From Chiloscyllium plagiosum (Eukaryota): a stretch of DNA of 55,462 nt. The stretch lies in contig NC_057753.1 in NCBI RefSeq assembly GCF_004010195.1, positions 15,191,470 through 15,246,931 of the forward strand, written 5' to 3'. Below, one piece after another: positions 25,256-37,290 of this stretch. The notes beneath the pieces are model-generated. The model worked only from the letters and a program-made list of their open reading frames with translations, had not been told where the DNA came from and searched no databases. Both the position numbers and the translations under genes were made by a program. Position 1 is the stretch's first letter. The number at the start of each line of letters is the position of its first letter.

Positions 25256-26299
25256 GTGAGAGTGATGTTGGCGTGGCGATTTGAAATTTTGATGAGAATG
25301 AATATAAACAGATATTGATCAGACAGGCAAAAATGCCGAGGAGTGGGCGATGGAGATTAATTTAAATAAATGTGAGATGCGGGTTTTTACAACTAAAATC
25401 TGAGGAGGATTTATACTTTTAATGGAAAGGCTTTGAGGATTGCTGCCAAACAATGAGATCTCGGTGTGCAGACTCTAACAGCATTGAAAATGGAGGCATG
25501 GACAGANNNNNNNNNNNNNNNNNNNNNNNNNNNNNNNNNNNNNNNNNNNNNNNNNNNNNNNNNNNNNNNNNNNNNNNNNNNNNNNNNNNNNNNNNNNNNN
25601 NNNNNNNNNNNNNNNNNNNNNNNNNNNNNNNNNNNNNNNNNNNNNNNNNNNNNNNNNNNNNNNNNNNNNNNNNNNNNNNNNNNNNNNNNNNNNNNNNNNN
25701 NNNNNNNNNNNNNNNNNNNNNNNNNNNNNNNNNNNNNNNNNNNNNNNNNNNNNNNNNNNNNNNNNNNNNNNNNNNNNNNNNNNNNNNNNNNNNNNNNNNN
25801 NNNNNNNNNNNNNNNNNNNNNNNNNNNNNNNNNNNNNNNNNNNNNNNNNNNNNNNNNNNNNNNNNNNNNNNNNNNNNNNNNNNNNNNNNNNNNNNNNNNN
25901 NNNNNNNNNNNNNNNNNNNNNNNNNNNNNNNNNNNNNNNNNNNNNNNNNNNNNNNNNNNNNNNNNNNNNNNNNNNNNNNNNNNNNNNNNNNNNNNNNNNN
26001 NNNNNNGTGTCAGGGCAACACCAGAGATTTCCCAATGTACCAATTGTATTCGGTGATATCACGGGATCTTAGGAGGAATCGTTATCTCTGGAGGTGGCAG
26101 AGAGGAACATGGTGTGGTCCTGTAAACTCCAGAACGTTCATAACTTCATGAGTCAGCAATAACTCTTTCTGGACCAAGAAACGAAAGAGCCAACAAGAAA
26201 CTACTACAAGGGAGTTAAAAAACAACACTGCATTGAACCCCTGGAAGCCTCCAGGGACAGGCACTGTCGGTGAAAACTCAGTTAAACTTTGCCATCAAT

Positions 26300-26620
26300 T
26301 GGGTTTATAAAGTCATGAGGGGTACGGATTGGGTAAATAGTCAAAATCTTCCCCTAGATTGGGGGAGTCCAAAATTAGAGGTTTAGGGTGAGAGGGGAAA
26401 GATTTAAGAGGGACCTAAGGGGCAGCTTTTTCACGCAGCGGGTGGTGTGTGTATGGAATGAGCTGCCCCTCATGATTTTATAAACCTCTATAAGCCCACT
26501 CCTCAGCCTCTGACACTGCAGGGAAAGCAGCCCCAGACTGTTCAGCCTCTCCCTATAGCTCAGACCCTCCAACCCTGGCAGCATACTTGTGAATCTTTCT
26601 GAACTCTTTCAAGTTTCACA
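26300..26620. mobile_element. CR1 LINE fragments in opposite orientations with junction at ~26468
   Basis: + strand ataaagtcatgagggg...tggaatgagctgcc, then - strand LPGLEGLSYRERL...VYKIMRG. Confidence 0.75.
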
Positions 26621-26984
26621 ACTTGTTACATACTTGTCAACTTTGCTCATCTGACGTGGGAGAATTTTCTGTCTGAAAGAGCCCTCCCCTGTGCTGTAAC
26701 AGAGTCACAGTGACTCTCAAAATCCTGACAAACTCAGTTATCAGTCAAAGATTCATTCAGAGAAGTCTCTCAAATGCATCTGTAAATGGAGAAAGTGTCT
26801 TTAATAATGAGTCAGGAATAAAGGCTGCATTCATCTTTTATTGTGAAGTTTTACTCATACATCTCAAAACAGAGCTTGCGAACCTGGTCAGAAGCAGCCA
26901 AAGGGAATATAAAAGGCCATTGGTATTTTCCCACCACAACTGACTTTGCACAGAAAATATAGACTTTTGAAACAAACTTTTGAC

Positions 26985-28370
26985 AGATATTTTTGTGGCA
27001 TCCTTAAATACAGGTGAGGTGCCGGAGGACTGGAAGTTGCTCATGTTGTCCCCCAGTACAAGAAGGGTAGTAGGGATATTCCGGGTAACTACAGACAAGT
27101 GAGCCTGACGTCGGTGGTGGGAAAGTTGCTGGAGAAGGTACTGAGGGATAGGATCTATTTATATTTAGAAAAGAATGGGCTTATCAGTGATAGGCAACAT
27201 GGTTTTGTGCGGGGGAGATTGTGCCGTACCAACTTAATTGAGTTCTTCGAGGAAGTTACCAAGTTTAGTAAGGCATTTGATAAGGTTCCCCATGATAGAC
27301 GAATGGAGAAAGTGAAGTCAAAATGCTTTGAGGGTGTTCTAGCTCGGTGGATAAAGAACTGGTTGAGCAACAGGAGACAGAGAGTAGTAGTTGAAGGGAG
27401 TTTCTCAAAAAGGAGAAAGGGTCAGTGTTGGGGCCACTGTTGTTTGTAATTTATATAAATGATCTGGAAGAGGACACTGTTGGTATGACACGAAGATTGG
27501 TGAAGTAGCAGAAAGCATAAGGGACTGTCAGAGAATACAGGAGGATATAGGTAGACTGGAGAATTGGGCGGAAAAGTGGCAGATAGATTACAATCCAGCC
27601 AAATGTGAGGTGATGTATTTAGGCAAGACTAATTCTGAAGCGAATTATACAATGAACAGAAGAGCCTTGGGAAAAGTTGATGGGCAGAGAGATCGGAGAG
27701 TGCAGGTCCACTGTACACTGAAGGTTGCTGCATAGGTGGTTAGAGTGGTCAAGAAGGCATATAGTATGCTTGCCTTCATTGGACAGGGTATGGAGTATAA
27801 AAGTTCGCAAGTCATGTTAACATTGTACAAGACATTGGTTCGGCCACATTTAGAATACTCTGTACAATTCTGGTCACCACATTACCAAAACGATGTGGAC
27901 GTTTTGGAGAGGGTGCAGAGAAGGTTTATGAGGATGTTGCCTGGTATGGAAGGCACTAGCTATGAAGAGAGGTTGAGTAAGTTAGGTTTATTTTCATTAT
28001 AAAAAAGAAGATTGAGGGGAGACCTGAGTGAGGTTTATAAAATCATGAAGAGTATAGACAGGATGGATAGAGACAAGCTTTTTCCCAGGGTGAAGGATTC
28101 AATAACGAGAGGTCACGCTTTCAAGGTGAGAGGTGGAAAGTTTAAGGGGGATACACATGGCGTTTGGAACGCGTTGCCAGCAGAGGTGGTAGAGGCAGGC
28201 ACGGTAGATTCATTTAAGATGCATCTGGATAAATGCATGAGTCGGTGGGGAGCAGAGGGATACAGATGCTTAGGAATTGACTGACAGGTTTAGATAGTAC
28301 ATTTGGATCGGCTCAGGCTTGGAGGGCCGAAGAGCCTGTTCCTGGGCTGTACATTTTCTTTGTTCTTTGA
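26985..28370 (+). mobile_element. CR1-type LINE ORF2 (RT) 3' portion, decayed with deletions
   Basis: [48 protein letters not shown] motifs, followed by the 3' hairpin tail. Confidence 0.9.
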
Positions 28371-28830
28371 ACGGGATGCCATTCGTTTTAAGATCAGGTG
28401 AACTTAAGAGGCATTGTATTGGCTTAGAAATGAGAGATCCTTGACACATACAGCTAAAATCATCGCTGCGCCATTATTAGCGAATTGGAATTAAGGCTGG
28501 ATAGGCTGGGATGGTTTTCTGCTGAAGTAGTGGTTCAGAGCTGACGTTTACAAAACCATGAGGGATACTGATAGGGTTAATGGTAGTTGTCTGTTCCCCA
28601 GGGTGGGGGAATTCAAGACAGCAGGCACATATTTAAGGTGAGAGGAGATAGATTGAAAAGAGATGTGGGGCAAATTCTTTTTACACAAGAGTGTGGTTGG
28701 CATGTGGACTTAGCTGCCAGTGGCAGTGGTTGACGCGGGTACGTTAACAACATTTAAAAGGCATGTGGACAAATACATGGAGAAGAAAGGTTTAGAAGGA
28801 TATAGAGAAGGGAGGCGTGGTAGTAGTTTG

Positions 28831-30270
28831 GCGCACCGACCTCTACACCGCTGAGGCCAAACGCCAGCACACCGACCTCTACACCGCTGAGGCCAAACGC
28901 CAGCACACCGACCTCTACACCGCTGAGGCCAAACGCCAGCACACCGACCTCTACACCGCTGAGGCCAAACGCCAGCACACCGACCTCTACACCGCTGAGG
29001 CCAAACGCCAGCACACCGACCTCTACACCGCTGAGGCCAAACGCCAGCACACCGACCTCTACACCGCTGAGGCCAAACGCCAGCACACCGACCTCTACAC
29101 CGCTGAGGCCAAACGCCAGCACACCGACCTCTACACCGCTGAGGCCAAACGCCAGCACACCGACCTCTACACCGCTGAGGCCAAACGCCAGCACACCGAC
29201 CTCTACACCGCTGAGGCCAAACGCCAGCACACCGACCTCTACACCGCTGAGGCCAAACGCCAGCACACCGACCTCTACACCGCTGAGGCCAAACGCCAGC
29301 ACACCGACCTCTACACCGCTGAGGCCAAACGCCAGCACACCGACCTCTACACCGCTGAGGCCAAACGCCAGCACACCGACCTCTACACCGCTGAGGCCAA
29401 ACGCCAGCACACCGACCTCTACACCGCTGAGGCCAAACGCCAGCACACCGACCTCTACACCGCTGAGGCCAAACGCCAGCACACCGACCTCTACACCGCT
29501 GAGGCCAAACGCCAGCACACCGACCTCTACACCGCTGAGGCCAAACGCCAGCACACCGACCTCTACACCGCTGAGGCCAAACGCCAGCACACCGACCTCT
29601 ACACCGCTGAGGCCAAACGCCAGCACACCGACCTCTACACCGCTGAGGCCAAACGCCAGCACACCGACCTCTACACCGCTGAGGCCAAACGCCAGCACAC
29701 CGACCTCTACACCGCTGAGGCCAAACGCCAGCACACCGACCTCTACACCGCTGAGGCCAAACGCCAGCACACCGACCTCTACACCGCTGAGGCCAAACGC
29801 CAGCACACCGACCTCTACACCGCTGAGGCCAAACGCCAGCACACCGACCTCTACACCGCTGAGGCCAAACGCCAGCACACCGACCTCTACACCGCTGAGG
29901 CCAAACGCCAGCACACCGACCTCTACACCGCTGAGGCCAAACGCCAGCACACCGACCTCTACACCGCTGAGGCCAAACGCCAGCACACCGACCTCTACAC
30001 CGCTGAGGCCAAACGCCAGCACACCGACCTCTACACCGCTGAGGCCAAACGCCAGCACACCGACCTCTACACCGCTGAGGCCAAACGCCAGCACACCGAC
30101 CTCTACACCGCTGAGGCCAAACGCCAGCACACCGACCTCTACACCGCTGAGGCCAAACGCCAGCACACCGACCTCTACACCGCTGAGGCCAAACGCCAGC
30201 ACACCGACCTCTACACCGCTGAGGCCAAACGCCAGCACACCGACCTCTACACCGCTGAGGCCAAACGCCA
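28831..30270. repeat. Perfect 36-bp tandem array, 40 copies
   Basis: Unit gcacaccgacctctacaccgctgaggccaaacgcca; 1440 bp; only copy 1 differs (gcgcac). Confidence 0.97.
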
Positions 30271-30326
30271 CCAAGTCCCTCCTCCCTATCTTTTATCTTA
30301 GCCTGCTGGACCAACTTTCCTCATTC

Positions 30327-30354
30327 CTGAAGAAGGGCTAATGCCCAAAACGTC
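30327..30354 (+). ncRNA. Minimal hammerhead ribozyme motif, core mutated (GAAA to AAAA)
   Basis: CTGAAGA-A-GGGC-TAAT-GCCC-AAAA-CGTC. Confidence 0.6.
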
Positions 30355-30662
30355 GATTCTCCTGTTCCCTAGATGTTGCCTGACCTGCTGCGCTTTTCCA
30401 GCAACACATTTCCATCTCTGATCTCCAGCATCTGCAGACCTCACTTTCTCCTTAGAAGGATATAGACCAAGTACAGGGAAGTGGGGTTAATGTTGATGTG
30501 CCTTTTGGTCAGCATGGACCAGTTTGGGCCGAACGGCCTGTCTCCGTGCTGTAGGACTCTATGACTCACGTCTCTTTGTCACTCCGACAGTTTTGAGTTT
30601 CCAGGTAAGCGTCCCACTAAATCACGCTGAATAAAATCTAAACTCATTCATCAACTCTAAAT

Positions 30663-30868
30663 GTGGAGGTGTTGGTGTTGGATCAGAATGGACAAGGTCA
30701 GAAGTCACTTGGCACCAGGTTAGAGTCCAACAGGTTTACTCGAACTCACGAGCTTTCGGAGCACTGCTCCTTCCTCAGGTGCAGTGATGAAGGAGCAATG
30801 TTGCTAAAGCTTGTGATTTCAAATAAACCTGCTGGACTGTAACCTGGTGCCAAGTGACTTCTGACTTT
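30663..30868. mobile_element. Fold-back Penelope-like (family B) fragment with hammerhead motif on the - strand (30750-30778)
   Basis: Inverted arms cagaagtcacttggcaccaggtta / taacctggtgccaagtgacttctg; - strand CTGAGGA-A-GGAGC-AGT-GCTCC-GAAA-GCTC. Confidence 0.75.
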
Positions 30869-31029
30869 TTCAGGTATGGGTTTGCGTCAAACTTAATGGG
30901 ATACTTTGTCCAACTCTGCATAGTTAAACAGTATCGCTTGGAGGGATTCATTTGAAACCTTTCAGGAGATAAGCTCAACTATTCAAAGTTACTTGGACTC
31001 TATTTTGAAACTTACCTCAGGACCAGTAG

Positions 31030-31481
31030 TCATGGACACATACAGCGTGGAAACAGACCTTTCAGTCCAATTCGCCCATGCTGACCAGATATCCCAAATT
31101 AATCTAGTCCTGTTTGTCAGCACTTGGCCCTTGTCCCACTAAACACTTCCTATTCACACCCACATCCAGGTGCCTTTTAAATGTTGTAATTTGTACCAGC
31201 CTTCACCACTTCCTCTGGCAGCTCATTCCATACACGCACCACCCTCTGCATGAAAACACTGCCCCTCAGGTCCCTTTTAAGTCTTCCCCTCTCATGCTAT
31301 ACCTATGCCCTGTAGTTCTGGACTCCCCAACCACAGGGAAAAGACTTTGTCTATTTATTCTGTCCACACAATCTCATGATTTTATAAAGCTCTAGAAAGT
31401 CACTGCTCAGCCTCCGACACTCCAGGGAAAACAGCCCCAGCCTATTCAGCCTCTCCCTGTAGCTCAAACTCTCCCACCCCT
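31030..31481 (-). mobile_element. CR1 LINE 3' region
   Basis: Homologous to 35355-35820. Confidence 0.8.
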
Positions 31482-31805
31482 GGGCGGCACGGTGGCGCAG
31501 TGGTTAGCACTGTTGCCTCACAGCGCCAGAGACCCGGGTTCAATTCCCGTCTCAGGCGACTGACTGTGTGGAGTTTGCATGTTCTCCCAGTGTCTGCGTG
31601 GGTTTCCTCCGGGTGCTCCGGTTTCCTCCCACAGTCCAAAGATGTGCAGGTCAGGTGAATTGGCCATGCTAAATTGCCCGTAGTGTTAGGTAAGGGGTAA
31701 ATGTAGGGGAATGGGTGGGTTGCGCTTCGGCTGGGCGGTGTGGACTTGTTGAGCCGAAGGGCCTGTTTCCACACTGTAATGTAATGTAAATGTAAATGTA
31801 ATGTA
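31482..31805 (+). mobile_element. Full-length young HE1-type SINE inserted into a CR1
   Basis: Near-identical to 14391-14702; (atgtaa)n tail. Confidence 0.92.
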
Positions 31806-31829
31806 ACATCATGGTAAATCTTTTCTGAT

Positions 31830-31980
31830 AGAGAAGTCAACGTTTCGGGTAGAACCCTTCTTCAGTTTAAGACCCGAAATGCTGACTTCTCTACCGTCTG
31901 GTGCTTCATGGCTTCATGTGTCCTCCCAGCCTCCTGCCTGTCTACTCTGGATTCCAGCATCTGCAATCTTCTTTTTGTCT
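31830..31980. mobile_element. Fold-back Penelope-like fragment with hammerhead motif on the - strand (31838-31865)
   Basis: - strand CTGAAGA-A-GGGT-TCT-ACCC-GAAA-CGTT; + strand acccgaaatgctgacttctc...ttccagcatctgca. Confidence 0.7.
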
Positions 31981-32106
31981 CTAACGAATGGTGGGCTGAA
32001 TGGCGTAACCTCAGCTCCAATGGTCTTAGGATTCTACAGAACGTTTCAGTGGGAATGTGCAGTCCTGGGTTCAACGAACAGCAATGTCCACTGGAAGCAG
32101 AATCGT

Positions 32107-32440
32107 AGACTCCCTGCAGCGTGGAAACAGGCCCTTCAGCTCAACAAGTCTACACCGACCCTCCGAAAAGTATCCCACCCAGACCTATTCCCCTACCCCT
32201 ATTAATCTACATTTACCCCTGACTAATGCACCACATCCCTGAACACTATGGGACATTATAGCATAGCCAATTCGCCTGAGCCTGCACATCTCTGGGAAGA
32301 AACCAGAGCACCCGGAGGAAACCCTTGCGACTTGGGGGGAGAATGTGCAAATTCCACACAGACATTCATCCCAATGGTGGAACTGAAACAGGGTCCCTGA
32401 CACCGTGAGGCAGTGGCACTAACCAATAAGCTACCGTGCC
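32107..32440 (-). mobile_element. Older HE1-type SINE
   Basis: Reverse-complement SINE head and tail recognisable. Confidence 0.8.
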
Positions 32441-32543
32441 AACCCTGAGTTACCGTGAGGATGGGGGAGGTTGCAGTCCAGCAGAAAACAAAGAAAGCCC
32501 ACTGACTCTCCCACTACACCGACTGTCAGAAGGGGCAGGAGGT

Positions 32544-33300
32544 TCAGTCCTGGGGGTGACCCACAGCAGCATCACCGGCAGAATCCATTTGTTGGGAGAG
32601 CTGGTGCCTCTGCTGGCGTTTCCGCAAGTTGCCAGACAATGTGAACCTCTGCCCACACTCGGGACAGGCAAACGGTCTCTCCCCTGTGTGGACCCGCTGG
32701 TGGGCCAGCAGGTCGGAGGAGCGGTTAAAGCCCTTCCCACACTCAGGGCAGGAGAACGGGCTCTCATGCGTGTGGACCCGCTGGTGAGCCACGAGGTTGG
32801 AGGCCAGGGCAAAGACCTTCCTGCACTCCTGGCAGCTGAAAGTCCTCTCCCCAGTGTGAATGAATTGGTGCTTCAGCAGGATAGAGGAATTGCTAAAGGC
32901 CTTCCCACACTCAAAACAGGGGAAGAACTTCTCACCCGCTGGTGGGCCACGAGGTGGAAGGAGCGGGTGAACCCCTTCCCACAGTCGGGATAGCTGAAGG
33001 GCTTTACCTCGGTGTGGACCACGGGTGGGCGTGCAGGGCAGAGGAGCAGGTAAAACACTTCCTACACTTGGAGCAGGGGAAGGGCTTCTCCCCGGTGTGG
33101 ACCCGCTGGTGCCTCAACAGGACAGAAGAATTGCTGAAGGCCTTCTCGCACTTGGGACGGGAGAATGGCCTCTCCCCCGGTGTGACTGCGCCGATGAATC
33201 TCCAGGGCAGACGGGCATGGAAGCCTTTCCTGCAGTCACCACACTTCCACAGTTTCTCCACAGGGCGGGATTCCTCGGGTTTCTCCATGGCCGAAACTTC
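32544..33300 (-). pseudogene. C2H2 zinc-finger gene, frameshifted
   Basis: MEKPEESRPVEKLWKCGDCRKGF...HQRVHTGEKPF...; about 8 fingers spread over several frames, some lacking Cys/His. Confidence 0.85.
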
Positions 33301-33534
33301 AGCCACACACAAACGGGTATACAGACCCTCCCTGTCGTGAATTCCTCTTTCCAGGCCGTAAGCTGTTTCAGGTTCCACACTCAGTGCGCTGCAACAGTAG
33401 GGTCTCTCATCCAGTCCCACTGATACTGAAAACGTACTCAAACTGGAACCAAAAGACTTTGCTCCTTCTCACAGGATCATGGTCAAAAATTGTTATGGTC
33501 CCAATGGATTGAGTGACTATCAGACATTGACGTC

Positions 33535-33628
33535 AAGGTGAGGACTGCAGACGCTGGAAAAGCACAGCAGGTCAGGCAGCATCCGAGGAGCAGGAGAGTC
33601 AGCATTTTGGGCATAAGCCCTTCTTCTG
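33535..33628 (-). mobile_element. Penelope-like terminal fragment with decayed hammerhead
   Basis: Reverse complement reads gaagaagggcttatgcccaaaatgctgactctcctgctcctcggatgctgcc. Confidence 0.7.
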
Positions 33629-34114
33629 TTGATTTTGAAACTTCCATCTTTAGATCTTCAAAGACTCTGTAAGGAGAGATTACAGAAGTCATCTCTGTCA
33701 GTACAGGGTAGAAATTCACAACAAGCAATTCTACTTTCCGCTGACCATCTTTTTCTTTTGTTCTCCCACAAAATTGAAATCTCTCGTTCTCTCTCTCTCC
33801 AAACTAATTCTCCTGAAGGTGTTAAGTCAGAATCATACAGGGGCAGAAATGCAAAAATGTCTAGATTGACATCTCTTTGAATTTTGGATAACTCCACCTG
33901 CAAGTTAATATCTTTTATGACATTGGATGCTGCTGAGAGTGAGCAGGTCTGATTTTGGGAAGCAAAAAAAAAGTGTGTAAATTCAGGATGAACCTGCAAT
34001 GCAACTTCTTGAGAAGCAACCAGCCACTGAATGGTTAAAGTTTCGGCGGAGGATATAAGACACCAGAGAGAAACTGAACATACAGACGTGTCAAACCTTA
34101 GTGGCAAGCCATAG

Positions 34115-34590
34115 TTATAGAGATGTACTGCACAGAAACAGACCCTTCAGTCAAACTTGTCATGCCGACTAGATATCTTAACCTAACCATTTGCCAGCAC
34201 CTGGCCCATATCCCGCTAAACCCTTCTTATTCATATACCCATTCAGATGTGTTTTAAATGTCATAATTTTACCAGCATCCAATCCTTCCTTTAGCAGCTC
34301 ATTCCTCACACGCACTACCCTGTGCATGAAAAAGTTGCCATTTAGGTCCCTTTTAAATCTCTTCATGACCTCACGCTAAACCTATTAGCATCTAGTTCTG
34401 GACTCCGCTATCCCAGGAAAAAGACCTTGTCCATTTACCCTATCCATGCCTCTCATGATTTTATAGATGTCTATAAGGTCATCCCTCAACCTCCGGAGCG
34501 CAAGGGAAAACAGCCCCAGCCTATTCAGCTCAAACCCACTAACCCTGGCAACATCCTTGTAAATCATTTCTGAACTCTTTCAAGTTTCAC
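34115..34590 (-). mobile_element. CR1 LINE 3' region
   Basis: RLGLFSL..RRLRDDLIDIYKIMRG, FFMHRVVRVRNEL. Confidence 0.85.
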
Positions 34591-34769
34591 AATTTGAACA
34601 AGTTTCAAAACGGAGCCACTGTACTGCCCACGTGTGCTGAAACAGGTTGGGAGTGTAAACTTTATTTGACTGTGCCACATGGTGGATTGTTGAGTAAGGT
34701 TAAATCTCACGGGTTACGGGGTATAAAACTTAGGAGCACATTCCTATAGAAGCTGGAATCTGTCCTGAA

Positions 34770-34860
34770 AACAACAAATGCTGGAGATCACAGTGGGTCA
34801 GGTAGCATTCACGCAGAGACAGCAAGCTATCGTTTCGAGTCCAGATGACTCTTCATCATA
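34770..34860 (-). mobile_element. Penelope-like terminal fragment with hammerhead-like core
   Basis: - strand tgatga-a-gagtc-atctg-gactc-gaaa-cgat. Confidence 0.6.
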
Positions 34861-35059
34861 AAGTCATGGGGGTATCGATAAGGAGAATGGCAGGGGTTCT
34901 CCTGAGGGCTGAGGGCTTTCAAGACTAGGGGCAACAGTAGTATCCTAAATTCGGTACCCAGTTGGCTACGTCTCTGTGGAGCCGGTGAGATTTAACCTTA
35001 CTCAACAATCCACCGTGCGACATAGTCAATAAATTTCCCATCCACCACCTCTTTCAGCA

Positions 35060-35352
35060 TATGTGGACAGTACAGTGGATCAGTGGTTAGCACTACTGCC
35101 TCACAGCGCCAGGAACCCAGGTCCAAGTTCACCCTCGGACAAATGTCTGTGTGGAGTTTGCACACTCTCCCTGTGTCTGCATGGGTTTGCTCCGGGTGCT
35201 CCCAAAGTCCAAAGATGTGCAGGCTCAGGTGAATTGGCTTTGCTAAATTGCCCCACAGTGTTCAGGGATGTACAGGCTAGACGCATTAGTCAGGGATAAA
35301 TGTAGAGCAATGGGTGTGGGTGGGTTACTCTTTGGAGGGTTGGTGTGGATTT
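35060..35352 (+). mobile_element. Older HE1-type SINE
   Basis: cagtggttagcactactgcctcacagcgccagg...gtccaaagatgtgcagg. Confidence 0.8.
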
Positions 35353-35354
35353 GG

Positions 35355-36258
35355 GAGCCATAGAAATGCACAGCACGGAAACAGACCCTTCGGTTCAACC
35401 CATCCATGCCGACCAGATATCCCAAACTAATCTAGTCCCACTTGCCAGCACCTGGCCCATATCCCTCCAAACCCTTTCTTTCATATGCCCATCCAGATGC
35501 CTTTTAAATGTTGCAATTGTTCTAGTCTCCACCACTTTCTCTGGCATCTCATTCCATACATGCACCACCCTCTGCATGAAAAAGTTGCCCCTTGGGTCTC
35601 TTTTATAACTTTCCCCTCTCACCCTCAACCTATGCCCTCTAGTTCTGGACTCCCCCACCCCAGAGAAAAGACTTTGCCTATTTATCCCCACCCATGTCCC
35701 TCATGATTTTATAAACCTCTATAAGGTCACCCCTCAGCCTCCAATACTCCAGAGAAAACAGCCCCAGTCTATTCAGCCTCTTCCCATAGCTCAAATCCTC
35801 CAATCCTGGCAACATCCTTACAAATCTTTTCTGAATCTTTTCAAGTTTCACAACATCCTTCCAATAGGAAGGAGACCAGAATTGCATGCAATATTCCAAA
35901 AATGGCCTATCCAATGTCTTGTACAGATACAACATGACCTCCCAACTCCTATACTCAATACTCTGACTAATAAAGGAAAAACACACCAAATACCTTCTTC
36001 ACTATCCTATCTACCCGCGGCTCTACTTTCAAGAAGCTTTGAACCTGCAATCCAAGGTCTTTTTATTCAGCAACCTCACTCCTTAGGACCTTACCATTAA
36101 GTGTATATGTCCTGCTAAGATTTGCTTTCCCAAAATGCAGCACCTCACTGCATTTTCCGCACCTTTCCGCAGCCCCATTGGCCAATCTGATCAAGGTCCC
36201 CGCTGTAATCTGAGATAACCTTCTTCGCTGTCTATTACACCTTCAATTTTGGTGTCAT
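35355..36258 (-). mobile_element. CR1 LINE ORF2 3' part
   Basis: LYKTLDRPFLEYCMQFWSP...RLRGDLIEVYKIM. Confidence 0.88.
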
Positions 36259-36261
36259 GTA

Positions 36262-36614
36262 CAGTAGCGCCTCGACATACGAACGACCCTGTTCACAAAC
36301 AAATTGGTTTACGAACAGGATTGTACCTAAAATTTTGCTTCAACGTACGTACGAAATTCAAGGTACAAATGCAAAAAGCCCGTGTGTGACCACGTGGTTT
36401 CATTGTTCTGCTCTGCTACACGCGCGCTTTGAAAGCAAAAGCTCTCGGGCCCCGTGTGATCTCATTCAGTTTGTCTTTGGCGCGCGCGCGCGCTGTGAAC
36501 ATTGTTCGTTGCTATGTCCAAGCATTCTTATGCTATCCGAACAATGGGAAAAATTGATTCAGTTCGCGAACGGGGTCCCAGAACGGATTAAGTTCGTAAG
36601 TCAAGGCGCTACTG
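36262..36614. mobile_element. Tc1/mariner (pogo/Tigger-like) MITE, 353 bp
   Basis: 23-bp TIRs cagtagcgcctcgacatacgaac / gttcgtaagtcaaggcgctactg (2 mismatches); TA on the left, CA (mutated TA?) on the right. Confidence 0.8.
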
Positions 36615-37021
36615 CATATAAATGTAGTGGATCCAGCGCTGATCCATGTGGCACTCCACTGGATGAAGGATTGACTCTCCTGCTCCTCAGATGCTACCTG
36701 ACCTGCTGTGGTTTTCCAGCACCACACTTTTCTACTCTGATCTCCAGCATCTGCAGTCGTCATTTTCTCCATATCCCAATATCTCATTTAAGCAATTAGT
36801 CCCCTTTCTGCTTTGTTTTTAACGGCAAATGGAAAAACTTCACATTGCGGTACTACATTTGCCATGTGTTTGCGAATTGAGACACAGACCTGGACCAACT
36901 CTTCCAGAGTCTGTCCCCTCCTGGATTCGCTCCCTTTCCTTTCAGTTGCTGCAAGTCAACAATTGAACCCCAGAATGAAAAAAAGATGGAAAAGGTGATG
37001 ACAAAAGAGTGCCGTACTCAC

Positions 37022-37290
37022 AGATGTTGGACAGAGGAAGAGAGTTGCAGTCTGGGCTGAAGCTCAGTCTTCATTCAGATACAGAGTAGCAGCTTCAGAA
37101 GCTCACGGTCGAACTTCCGCATCCAGACAATAGGGGAGCTCTGATTGACAGGAGGACCAGGCTCCTTCCGGTCATCCAGGGCTCCCCATTGGTCCAACAA
37201 AAAAAGGTCGCGGGATGGTTGAGCGGACAGCGAGGCGCATGCGCCTTTGCTTTGCTCCTGGAGAGCACGCGCAGTATGCTCTGTGGCGAT
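37022..37290 (-). promoter_or_regulatory. Probable promoter and non-coding first exon of the ZNF gene
   Basis: Donor gtgagt at 37021-37016, ETS cggaag, CCAAT, NRF1 palindrome gcgcatgcgc (~37236), CpG-rich. Confidence 0.5.

Larger units (their letters stand above)
28807..30451 (+). mobile_element. Penelope-like-derived insertion: RT fragment, 40x36-bp array and PLE 3' terminus with hammerhead motif; 15-bp TSD
   Basis: ttagaaggatataga at 28792-28806 and 30452-30466; the start translates KGGVVVVWRTDLYTAEAKRQ, like the PLE RT motif (AD)KGGAVVVWRTDLY.AEA.RQL. Confidence 0.85.
28500..30566 (+). mobile_element. CR1 LINE 3' tail split by the PLE-derived insertion (host parts 28500-28806 and 30452-30566)
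   Basis: catttaaaaggcatgtggac...ggtttagaaggatataga resumes after the insertion as ccaagtacagggaagtggg...gggccgaacggcctg. Confidence 0.8.

Noticed and set aside
28831..30270. CRISPR array (36-bp repeats)
   Set aside because: No spacers, no cas genes, vertebrate context; it is a pure tandem repeat.
28710..30314. ~500-aa ORFs in several frames
   Set aside because: By-product of a stop-free 36-bp unit; no promoter or splice support.
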